DNA from: Pseudomonadota bacterium
GTDB taxonomy: Bacteria > Bdellovibrionota_C > UBA2361 > OMII01
Length of the DNA stretch: 64,000 bases
NCBI GenBank assembly: GCA_038134595.1
Contig: JAYPVM010000005.1
Location: 64,001-128,000 of the forward strand
Direction of reading: 5' to 3'
Numbering within the stretch: position 1 is the first letter of the stretch; each line of letters begins with the position of its first letter. Of the stretch, positions 29,903 to 39,027 are shown piece after piece. The notes beneath the pieces were generated by a model. It made no database searches. It saw only the letters and a list, made by a program, of their open reading frames with translations, and was not told where the DNA came from. The translations under genes were made by a program, and so were the position numbers.

Positions 29903-30751
29903 CTAAGTCTCCTCTTTCTCCACATTTTCAGCCCCCAACATACTCTGTCCCTCGTCTCGTCTCGCTAGTCTTTTTGCCGACGAGCGAACCGCAAATGCCC
30001 TCCTAATTGAACGATATTGTCCAATTAAATAGCCGGCACTCCCAGCAATTGCACCCACGAAAAGAACAATTCCAAAAAATAAGAAAACTAAATCTCGATG
30101 GAGAGCGACAGGTACTCGCCAGAAATACATGAATGAGTTTGTCTCTTGGCCTGTGCCTGAAGGGTCGAGGTCAGTTTCTTGCGAACCTGTGCGATGAATA
30201 GAAACCAGTATGTTCTCGTTGGCGATGGTAGGAAACACGTTTTCGACCAAAGTTTTGCAATGCTCAATGCTAAGATCGCTACTAGCCGAGACCTTCAGTA
30301 CGACAGTAACAGAGGCCTCAGTCGACGCACGAGCCGAGTGTTTTCTGACAACAACGCCAGCATCCACCACGGTTGCGAGTCTAGCTAGCGCCCCCTCTAG
30401 TTCTGCTGCTAGCGCTCGATCGAGCCGTACGTTATCCACACTTCTCGAGACAGGCAGGATTCCATTGGATGCCGTCATTTGCTCAAAGGTCGGCTGATGC
30501 TCGCCCGGAAGTCCTAACAGACCTAAAAGCGTTGCTGCTCGTGGATAGTCCTCATCCGAAACAGTAACAGAAAACCCTCCACGCCCGGCTCGTCGCGCCT
30601 CTAACTTAGCTTGAATTCCTCTTCGGTGAAGCACAGAAACGATTTGATTGGCCTCCCTTTGATCAACATCTGACGCAACGGGCGTGACATCACAACCCGT
30701 CACTACAATCAGCAAACCTAACCCTGTAAGAGAACCCCAAAAAGCCTTCAT
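29903..30751 (-). CDS. sctJ: SctJ (YscJ/PrgK/HrcJ-family) inner-membrane ring lipoprotein
   Basis: Lipobox VTGC, VDQREANQIVSVL, GLP, RLDRALAAELEGAL...V.DA.V, ASVTV, ENILVS and a C-terminal TM helix. Confidence 0.85.
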   Translation of the reverse strand: MKAFWGSLTGLGLLIVVTGCDVTPVASDVDQREANQIVSVLHRRGIQAKLEARRAGRGGFSVTVSDEDYPRAATLLGLLGLPGEHQPTFEQMTASNGILPVSRSVDNVRLDRALAAELEGALARLATVVDAGVVVRKHSARASTEASVTVVLKVSASSDLSIEHCKTLVENVFPTIANENILVSIHRTGSQETDLDPSGTGQETNSFMYFWRVPVALHRDLVFLFFGIVLFVGAIAGSAGYLIGQYRSIRRAFAVRSSAKRLARRDEGQSMLGAENVEKEET

Positions 30752-30762
30752 ACATGCCCTAT

Positions 30763-32031
30763 TTATTCAGGAACAAGCACAACTAGAAACTCTACATCCC
30801 CAAATCGTATCCAATCTCCATGCTGAACCTCAATAACACTTTCCTCTCTTCTGTATTGAGCATCGCCTTGAGAACGAATAAACGTGCCTCGCTCACTCAT
30901 CAGATCTTGAATAAGAAGCCTGCTATCGGTTATCGAGACCAACGCATGTGGTGTCGACATACTTTGGTCTTCGAGAATCAGATCTGAATCTCGGATACTT
31001 GTGCCCGTTATAAAAAAACGTCCTGCTCTTAGCTCAATCGCCCTACCATCACGATTCTCGTAACTTACCAACCATCCAGAAAGACGGCCCGCGCGCATCT
31101 TACCTCGGCGCACGCTCTGCTCCTCAGTGGAAACAGAGCCGTCAGTGGACAGCATACTCACCGGTTTTGTCCTTTGCTCGCCACCCTCTGCCGATACTTG
31201 CTGCGTGCTTTCTTTTCGTTGCGTTTCGCGCACCTGCTGTTTCGCAACCGCTGGCTCTATAGGCTTGTTTGGCATAGGGCTTGAGCCAACTGACTCGTTT
31301 TTTGGTAATACACGCTGCTTGTCTTGATGACGTCCCGTCTGGCCAGAGCGTTCTCGTCCTTGTTTTTCTTGCCGTTTAAGCTTGGCGCCAAACCTCGGCT
31401 TGACTCCCCGCGGAGCTAGATGACGGTCTCCACTACCCGAGTGCTCGCGTTTTTGCGAAAACTTACTACTGTCTTTCCCTAACGGCCCTACTGAGGTCGC
31501 TCCGCGTTCTCTTGAAGATCTCTCCTCTTCTACTGTACCTAATTGAAACTTACCAGTGGTCGCTGATTTCGCATCATCTCCTGAAAAAGAGTCATCTGCC
31601 GCCAATTCTTCAGACCCACCAAGTCCCGAAGCATCGTCATCCTTACCTGATTGTTCCTGAAAAGATTCGGCGTCGTGTGCAGGCGAGTCAATATCTCCAA
31701 CTGGCTCATCAAGCTCTAAGTCGCCTGCGTCTAATTCGTCTAAAAACGCCCCTAACGGGTCAAAATCCCCAGAGGTAACCCCACTACCACTTTCACCCTC
31801 TGGCTCAGTATCCATAACACCGGCCGCGATCTTTTCTACCTCTTCAGGTTTTGCAGAGACGGTTCTCTGCCGCACTCGTCCTGACTCAGTCGGCTGATCT
31901 TTTAGATCATCGCTGTCCTTCTTAGATTCCAACGAAGCGTTGCAAATTCGACACCTCGCAGCGCTGGCTGGAACCAAGCTCCTGCATGTTGGACATCGAA
32001 CAAAGGTTAGTTCATTCGCTTCGCTTGCCAT
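30763..32031 (-). CDS. Zinc-ribbon + disordered linker + degenerate FHA domain protein
   Basis: CPTC..CRIC at the N-terminus; acidic then basic low-complexity linker; C-terminal DLILEDQSMSTPHA...IQDLMSERGTF...GDWIRFG. Confidence 0.8.
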   Translation of the reverse strand: MASEANELTFVRCPTCRSLVPASAARCRICNASLESKKDSDDLKDQPTESGRVRQRTVSAKPEEVEKIAAGVMDTEPEGESGSGVTSGDFDPLGAFLDELDAGDLELDEPVGDIDSPAHDAESFQEQSGKDDDASGLGGSEELAADDSFSGDDAKSATTGKFQLGTVEEERSSRERGATSVGPLGKDSSKFSQKREHSGSGDRHLAPRGVKPRFGAKLKRQEKQGRERSGQTGRHQDKQRVLPKNESVGSSPMPNKPIEPAVAKQQVRETQRKESTQQVSAEGGEQRTKPVSMLSTDGSVSTEEQSVRRGKMRAGRLSGWLVSYENRDGRAIELRAGRFFITGTSIRDSDLILEDQSMSTPHALVSITDSRLLIQDLMSERGTFIRSQGDAQYRREESVIEVQHGDWIRFGDVEFLVVLVPE

Positions 32032-32087
32032 AATCATCTCCTTCCATTTTGAGGGTTCCCCCATCTCTCTCGTTTAAAGATTCCCCA

Positions 32088-33443
32088 TCACCAACTAAGT
32101 CCTGAGAAAAGCATTCCTCCCAAAAGGAGGGCTATCGCTAAAAAACCAAGAAACAACACTCCCACTGCAAGCCTGCCATACGGAGTCAAACCCCGAATAA
32201 TTGATACTATCTTCGTTTGTAAGCTCAAAGATTCCTCCGAGTCTTCCAACACCACGGCGTCAAGATTAAACCAGGTGGTATTTCTCCGTTCTCGGGGCTT
32301 TGGCGCTCTCGACGACTCGAGCGCTTCTTCACCCTCACTCTCTAACGGATCTAGAAAAACACTTGCATTACCATTAGATTTTGCAAACCTTTCCTCTTCT
32401 TCCTTTGAGAAACATACCCCTACCGTGACGCCAGCGCCGAAATTTAGGACAAACGGACGATTATTAGCTTCAAACACCTCGCCATTTGCCAGTAATCCAC
32501 CATCAAAAGCTGTTCCGTTGGTGCTGGAATCAGTAATTACTACTCGTCCGGTTGACGAAACGGAGACGATACAGTGCTGTCTAGAAACATGGGGAGCTCC
32601 CAACCACAGTCCGCATCCAGGATCGCGACCAATTTTTAAATCCCGACCAACTTGCAGAGATAATCTCGAAGGACGCGCAACCTCCGACAGCGAGACTAGC
32701 GCAGGGTAGCCTGATGCTCCATCTACTTGGGAACTCTCCGACTCTCGATGTTCCATTGCGGATTGCACCCCCCCAGCTTCTGAGACAAGTCCGTAGATGC
32801 ACACAGCTTTGGATACATATACCGGCTCACCCGCCGCGAACGATTTTCGGCCAGATATCTGTTCATCACCAACAAACGTGCCGTTAGTCGAGCCGAGATC
32901 TTCTATCCAAAAACTCCCAGACTCATATCCGACCCGAGCATGTTGCATCGAGACTGTAGGGACATCAATTCGAAGCCCACAGGTTCTAGCACGTCCAATC
33001 GTCAACGATTGGTTTGGCCCCAAAGACACACTTGAAGCAAAGGGCTCATGAACCATAACAGCCGGATACGTCGCCACCTGTTCTCCATACGCTCTGCGCA
33101 AGATCCTTATCCCAGCCTTATCGAGAGCTTCCTGCTCTTTCAGTAGTAAATCCAAATCAAGTGCAGTGATATTCAAGGCGATGTCGCCCAGTTCAACCTG
33201 AGCACTCCCATCGTATGTCCCCCCGAGAAACGTAGGTTCATTGTTTTCATCTGTCGAATGCGCCGAAACCCTAAACCGACGACCAATATCTCGAGAGACC
33301 TCAAGCGACACGTTTGTGCTCATCATCTCGGGGATTGCCAGATGATACTCATCTGACGGTCCAACCGTGACAAACGGTCGTCTCACGAATACCGTTTCAG
33401 CCGCCGAATGATTACCCTGAAATGTTATATCGACAACAAACAC
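32088..33443 (-). CDS. Multi-FHA domain protein with C-terminal TM anchor
   Basis: Two canonical FHA domains (IGR...VSMQHA...DLGSTNGT; IGR...VSRQHC...DSSTNGT) and a hydrophobic C-terminus. Confidence 0.88.
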   Translation of the reverse strand: MFVVDITFQGNHSAAETVFVRRPFVTVGPSDEYHLAIPEMMSTNVSLEVSRDIGRRFRVSAHSTDENNEPTFLGGTYDGSAQVELGDIALNITALDLDLLLKEQEALDKAGIRILRRAYGEQVATYPAVMVHEPFASSVSLGPNQSLTIGRARTCGLRIDVPTVSMQHARVGYESGSFWIEDLGSTNGTFVGDEQISGRKSFAAGEPVYVSKAVCIYGLVSEAGGVQSAMEHRESESSQVDGASGYPALVSLSEVARPSRLSLQVGRDLKIGRDPGCGLWLGAPHVSRQHCIVSVSSTGRVVITDSSTNGTAFDGGLLANGEVFEANNRPFVLNFGAGVTVGVCFSKEEEERFAKSNGNASVFLDPLESEGEEALESSRAPKPRERRNTTWFNLDAVVLEDSEESLSLQTKIVSIIRGLTPYGRLAVGVLFLGFLAIALLLGGMLFSGLSW

Positions 33444-34899
33444 ACCCAGACGCTCCCCATCAAACTTAAAGGTCTGTTAACACAATCTCACGCAGACCGG
33501 ATTAACACCACTCTGTTGCACAGAGCACCACCTTCGTTCTCTAGATCGTAACGACCACGAGAATTAAGATAGTTTGTTTGCCCCGTTTTGGGGCTCATAC
33601 CTAGCGAGAGCAACATCAAGAGCCCAAAGAGCGAATAAGGCTAAACTCTTCTTCCACTCCATCGCTACTTTCTCACTAGTATCTCCTCCTATCGACACTT
33701 ACTTAATTTACTTAAAGCATTGATTCCAAAACAGTATTATATCTGAAATATTACCCCTCCGAGAAGTTGGAGAAATTCTCGTAACCTTTAAGCGTAAATG
33801 GCTTGGAACAAACAGGGATTGTAATAAATTACAGGACGCCCCCCAATAAGAGAGCGGAAATACTATAGATTGTTTGTTAAAGCATCGATAAACTGCTGGC
33901 TCTTGACCAACCACCAGATTCGCTTTCGTGGTTTCTTCCTGCGGGCGAGCTCCATAATTAGTTTTAACTGCCCAATTTCATTTGGTTAACGATATCTTTA
34001 TCAGAGGCTCTCGTAATAAATTCGACCTTACGAATTACCACAAAGAGGCTTTTATCCAGCAAGTTACACCCCAAATACACCCTGGGCCTTAACCTAAATT
34101 TGTTCTGCACAGCAACCCCGTTTCATCATTTATATAGTGGCTATTCCGGTTTTGCCTGTCGGTTAGATATTAATTGTGATACGACTTAAATCTAGGCGAT
34201 TCTAGTACTCCATGTTGAGTCAAGATTAGCAATCCGAACATCGTACTCTTACAAGCTTAGGAGAATTGGTGGGTGTTGCAAGCGCGATATTACAGAGTAA
34301 TGTGACTGGCCACAGATTGTTCAATACGGCCTATGTCTATATATCGACACCTACTACTCTGCCACATCAGATTCAGGTGTGAGCAAGGATCAATTCGAAC
34401 TAAAATGCTTGTATTTACAGTGTATTATTGCTATCTTGCGAAGTGTAAGAGTACTGAATACATAGATTTTAAACTCGTTAGGAAGATGCTTTGTGTAGCG
34501 CAAGCTGTACGATGAGGTTCGCACAGTCTTTTAAGTTTACACATGGCGGTAAAGGTAAGTCTTGAAACCCGAGCGCCCGAAAGCAGTAGCGTTTAGTCAA
34601 AATGGTGAAAGCCTCGCTGAGTAGCTGCGAACTGGAGACGGTAGGCAGATTACTTCAGAAGATAGGCAGGCAAACTGCGCCTTTGACAATTACGTGAAAA
34701 CTGAAGGCGATTCTTATCAGGACAGTGAAAAACATTGAGTGTTCACAAATGTGTGCTTTGGTTTTTAAAAATAGCAACTACGTCGACAACTGTTCGGTGT
34801 TAGATACAGTTGTGGGCACAGTTCAAGGCAGTCACATACATACGCCATCAGGTTTACTCGCTACCGCTCGCAAAGCATCTCCCACCAGGGAGAATACAA

Positions 34900-36525
34900 A
34901 TGGAACAAAGAATGTTAATCAATGCGGTTCATTCAGAAGAATGTCGCATTGCAATCATAGAGGGCTCGGACTTAGCCGAGCTTGAAATAGAGTCCAACGT
35001 AGGAAAAAACGCGAAGGGCAATATCTATCGCGGGCGGATCTCGCGAATAGAACCTAGCCTCCAAGCGGCATTCGTTGATATCGGGACAAACCGAAATGGC
35101 TTTCTTCAGATAAATGATGTCCATCCATCGTGCTATAAAGAGCGCGGTAACTTACCCGGTAAGGTTAGAATCCAAGACATCCTCGAACCAGGTCAGGAGA
35201 TCGTTGTTCAAGTAGTCAAGGAAGAGCGTGACCTAAAAGGGGCAACACTAACCACATATATATCTTTACCAGGCCGATATCTCGTCATTATGCCTGGCAG
35301 TGACCGCGGCGGCATCTCGCGAAAAATTCACGACAGTAATCAGCGAGTTCGACTAGGTAGGCTCTCTCGCGAACTTGAAGTGCCGGTCGGCATAGGAATG
35401 ATAATTCGAACAGCGGGTCTTGATCGGTCTCAAAGCGAACTATCGAGAGATCTCTCCTTGCAGTTAAAACTATGGGAGAACATACTTAGTGCAAATCAAA
35501 CCGCACAGGCTCCCACCCTCCTCTACAAGGACAACGAACTCACGACTCGTGTAATTAGAGATTATTTTACTCCCGATGTTAAAGAGATTCTCATTGACTG
35601 CCCTACGACATTTGAACAGGTGCGAGAGTTTGTCGGGAAAGTAATGCCGCGATACCGCTCACGCATCAAGCAATACCAGGACAAGGATCCCATATTCTCC
35701 CATCACAATATAGATCAACAGGTACAAGCCGCTCTATCGCGAGAGGTTAAACTCCCCTCTGGAGGCGCTATTGTAATCGAGCAACTTGAGGCGCTTGTTG
35801 CTATAGATGTAAACTCCGGCAAGGCCACTAGCAGCGCTAACATTGAAGAAACCGCTTTTAAAACCAACGTGGAAGCCGCTGAAGAAGTGGCACGACAACT
35901 GCGGCTTCGAGACCTTGGCGGCTTAGTTGTAATTGACTTCATAGATATGGCAGACAAACGCCACAGAAGTGCGGTCGAGAGAAAGCTACAAGAAGCCGTG
36001 ACGACTGATAAGGCGAGGATAGAACTGGGAAAACTTTCAAAGTTTGGCTTACTTGAAATGTCACGTCAGCGCCTTCGGTCCTCACTCACAAGTCACAGTC
36101 ACATTAACTGTGATCACTGCAAGGGCACAGGCGCAATTAAAAATCCGGAACTTGTTGCATTAGAGGCACTTCGAAAGATCCAAGCTGCCGTGATTGTAGG
36201 ACATGTCGCAAAAGTTAAAGCTCGACTTCCCTCGATTCCGGCTTTTTTCCTACTCAACAACAAGCGCGAGGAAATATCAAAGCTGGAAGCCGAACATGAT
36301 GTTCAGATATTTATTCTTCCCGACGGACGCTTGCGTCCTGATGAGTATGAATTCGAGATGGAAGGAAATCAGGAGGACCTCCAGACCAAGGCACCTGCAG
36401 CGCCAACGCGAGTCACACCAGTTAAAGTCGAAGACGGTCCATCTGGCTCAAAGACAACCAACGGATCACGAGGTCGCGCACGCGGTAGGCGTTCTAATAG
36501 CAACCGAACAGCCGCACGAACATAG
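34900..36525 (+). CDS. rne: Ribonuclease E/G family endoribonuclease
   Basis: GNIYRG.I..IEPSLQAAFVDIG, KGATLTT, AIDVNSG, RLRDLGGLVVIDFIDM, Zn-link CDHC; AGGGAG RBS before MEQRMLIN; short Arg-rich tail. Confidence 0.93.
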   Translation: MEQRMLINAVHSEECRIAIIEGSDLAELEIESNVGKNAKGNIYRGRISRIEPSLQAAFVDIGTNRNGFLQINDVHPSCYKERGNLPGKVRIQDILEPGQEIVVQVVKEERDLKGATLTTYISLPGRYLVIMPGSDRGGISRKIHDSNQRVRLGRLSRELEVPVGIGMIIRTAGLDRSQSELSRDLSLQLKLWENILSANQTAQAPTLLYKDNELTTRVIRDYFTPDVKEILIDCPTTFEQVREFVGKVMPRYRSRIKQYQDKDPIFSHHNIDQQVQAALSREVKLPSGGAIVIEQLEALVAIDVNSGKATSSANIEETAFKTNVEAAEEVARQLRLRDLGGLVVIDFIDMADKRHRSAVERKLQEAVTTDKARIELGKLSKFGLLEMSRQRLRSSLTSHSHINCDHCKGTGAIKNPELVALEALRKIQAAVIVGHVAKVKARLPSIPAFFLLNNKREEISKLEAEHDVQIFILPDGRLRPDEYEFEMEGNQEDLQTKAPAAPTRVTPVKVEDGPSGSKTTNGSRGRARGRRSNSNRTAART

Positions 36526-36815
36526 AAAGGTTGTTCGCTGCAAGCGAGCAATCCGCCGGTAATAGCTTTTGTCCCAGGGAACGCCCTGAGCTTCTCAGTC
36601 TATTGAGCTTTGACAAACCAGTGTTCGCAAATTAATGCTGTATTAACACTTGTTTATTAGCGGGGAATCTTTACCACTCTTTTCGCCCCTGTTACACTGA
36701 TCTTTGTTGCTTTCCTAGTGGGGCTTTGGTAACTTTAGTCTACTTAAAGTAAAAAGCCCCGCAATAACAAGTTTAGGCGCGCTGGCGCGCCTCCGTTAGT
36801 AGTCTGTTGTATACA

Positions 36816-37838
36816 ATGCCACTGCCCTCTGCAATAAAAGACGATTTGGTTGACTTGGTTAAATTAGCTTCCAGTCTTACCGAGGCTCATACTATCGCGG
36901 TTTTTCTTCCAACACACCTAACAAGCCCGAGACTACAACCTGATTCGTCTATAATCGGCGGCCTATCAAAATTAACCGCCAAAGATGCCATCCCGCTTAA
37001 AAAGATAATCGAACCGGGATATGATACTAAAAACGCTTCAATAGAGTTAGTGGCTGTTCATTCGTATTCCAAAATTACCAAAGATGCGCGCATACAAGCA
37101 GGCGCCGGTCTGCTCGGATGGGTAGCAGAGCAAGGACGACCAATATACCTTTCTCAATCTGACATACCCAAACTTCCCGCCCTCTACATAGAACCCGAGA
37201 TAGTGCAAAGCCTTGCGGCACTTCCGATTGATTGCAGCAAGGCCGATCCATCGCGAGAATTAAAGCTACACGGCGTACTCATGTGCGACAGCCTTCGAAG
37301 TGAGGCGTTTTCAAATTCAGACATAAAACTACTGGAGCAAATTTCACGGCAGTGTCAAAAACTTATATACTGGGCAAGTAATGCAACAGCTGCGTCTCAG
37401 GTCGAAAGCTCATGGGATACATTCAGGCAGAAGGTTATACACCTAGGAGACGCAATAGGTCAGGATTCAATCGATCTCCTAAAATTACGTATCGAATCAT
37501 TTCAAGAACTAGCTGATGCACGTGGGCTCTCAGAGGCCGTAAAATATTCGGAGCAATTCTTTCGTCTCGTGCAGCAAGCCCTTCCACCCCATTTCCCAAT
37601 AGCTCGCATCCCATCGGGAGAGATTGTCATAGCAGTTGACAACATGATGAGTACGTTTTTCCAGCAAAAACTGCATAATCTTGCAGTGCACCTATCCTCA
37701 AAAGACAGGCCGCTTACTGTTGCAGTGGAGCACTATGGTGCCAAAACAGAGCAAAGTGGAAAATGCAACATTGATATCACTCTTCAACAACAACCAAAAT
37801 TTAAAAGATTATCTTCAACGGGAGGAACTCGTGCTTAA
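36816..37838 (+). CDS. GAF-domain protein with possible degenerate GGDEF-like C-terminus
   Basis: GAGLLGWVAEQGRPI, SLAALPI, GVLMCDSLRSEAFSNSD.KLL GAF signature. Confidence 0.75.
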   Translation: MPLPSAIKDDLVDLVKLASSLTEAHTIAVFLPTHLTSPRLQPDSSIIGGLSKLTAKDAIPLKKIIEPGYDTKNASIELVAVHSYSKITKDARIQAGAGLLGWVAEQGRPIYLSQSDIPKLPALYIEPEIVQSLAALPIDCSKADPSRELKLHGVLMCDSLRSEAFSNSDIKLLEQISRQCQKLIYWASNATAASQVESSWDTFRQKVIHLGDAIGQDSIDLLKLRIESFQELADARGLSEAVKYSEQFFRLVQQALPPHFPIARIPSGEIVIAVDNMMSTFFQQKLHNLAVHLSSKDRPLTVAVEHYGAKTEQSGKCNIDITLQQQPKFKRLSSTGGTRA

Positions 37839-38907
37839 TATCAATACACTATTACCATCCTTACGCGCGAACCCACTAAGAAAGCTTTCATCTATCATGG
37901 CGGCTGATGTCGCTATAGACCTTGGAACAGCCAACACCCTTGTTTATATAAAGGGTCTCGGGATTGTATTAAACGAACCCTCGGTAGTGGCCATCGACTC
38001 CAAGACTGGAAAAATTCTTGCTATCGGCAGTGAAGCTAAGAGAATGTTCGGAAAGACGTCACGCGCCGTGGAATGTATTCGTCCGATGCGAGATGGGGTT
38101 ATCGCTGATTTTCAGGTAACCAGCGAGATGATTCGCTACATGCTCCAAAAAGTCAAAAATAAATGGTCTCTCGTTCGCCCACGCGCAGTAATTGGCGTTC
38201 CTTCTGACATCACACAAGTAGAGAAACGCGCTGTACTTGACGCGGCGCTTTCCGCAGGCATGCGCCAAGTATTCCTTGTAGAGGAATCAATGGCGGCTGC
38301 TGTTGGTAGTGAACTGCCTGTTAGCCGCCCCGTTGGAAGCATGGTAGTTGATATCGGAGGCGGAACAAGTGAGATTGCAATCGTAAGTCTAAACGGAACT
38401 ATGTACAGTCACGCGATCCGAGTTGCAGGTGACAAGATGGATGAAGCTATTAGTCGTTTTATCCGTCAGAAATGTGGAGTAGAGATAAGTATCTTCGAAG
38501 CAGAGAGGGCAAAGATGACCGTAGGTTCGCTACTACGTCATGCTCCTCTATTGACCATGACCGTTTATGGACGAGATGTGACTTCAGGGATGCCGCGTGC
38601 ACTCGAAATTACAAATGAGACAATCAGGCAAGCCTTGCACGAACCTTTGTGTGCGATTGTGGGAGCGATCTATACAGCTCTAGAAAACGTTTCTCCTGAG
38701 GTGGCGCAGGACATCCTGGGCAACGGAGTCTATCTTGTAGGTGGCGGTTCGTTACTTAGAGGCCTACCGGAGAAGTTAACCGAAAAAAGCGGCATATCAT
38801 TTATTAGAGACTCCGATCCGCTTACAAGTGTTGTACGTGGGGTCGGCAAAATGGTCGAAAATATAGACAGCATGAAAACACTGTGTGTTGATGAATTAGC
38901 GGCATAA
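37831..38907 (+). CDS. mreB: Rod shape-determining actin homologue MreB
   Basis: AIDLGTANT, NEPSVVA, RPMRDGVIADF, DIGGGTSE, GGGSLLRGL; GGAGG RBS before GTG at 37831. Confidence 0.95.
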   Translation: MLNINTLLPSLRANPLRKLSSIMAADVAIDLGTANTLVYIKGLGIVLNEPSVVAIDSKTGKILAIGSEAKRMFGKTSRAVECIRPMRDGVIADFQVTSEMIRYMLQKVKNKWSLVRPRAVIGVPSDITQVEKRAVLDAALSAGMRQVFLVEESMAAAVGSELPVSRPVGSMVVDIGGGTSEIAIVSLNGTMYSHAIRVAGDKMDEAISRFIRQKCGVEISIFEAERAKMTVGSLLRHAPLLTMTVYGRDVTSGMPRALEITNETIRQALHEPLCAIVGAIYTALENVSPEVAQDILGNGVYLVGGGSLLRGLPEKLTEKSGISFIRDSDPLTSVVRGVGKMVENIDSMKTLCVDELAA

Positions 38908-39027
38908 AACGAAACCGCCGCTGGCATGCTTGGTTACCAACAGCTTGTTGGAATAAATAGCTATCAGCTTAACCCATAATAAGGAAGCGCCGCGGCAAAA
39001 TTGCTCATCACCAACGTCGTCAAGAAT

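Noticed and set aside
28278..30751. Reading the cluster as flagellar fliF-fliG-fliJ-fliM
   Set aside because: The ring protein is a 282-aa lipoprotein with one C-terminal TM (SctJ-type), not a two-TM ~550-aa FliF, and no rod, hook or flagellin genes are present.
34660..34715. GGCAAAC suggesting a c-di-GMP-I riboswitch
   Set aside because: The GNRA-capped P2 and receptor stem in the required arrangement are missing.
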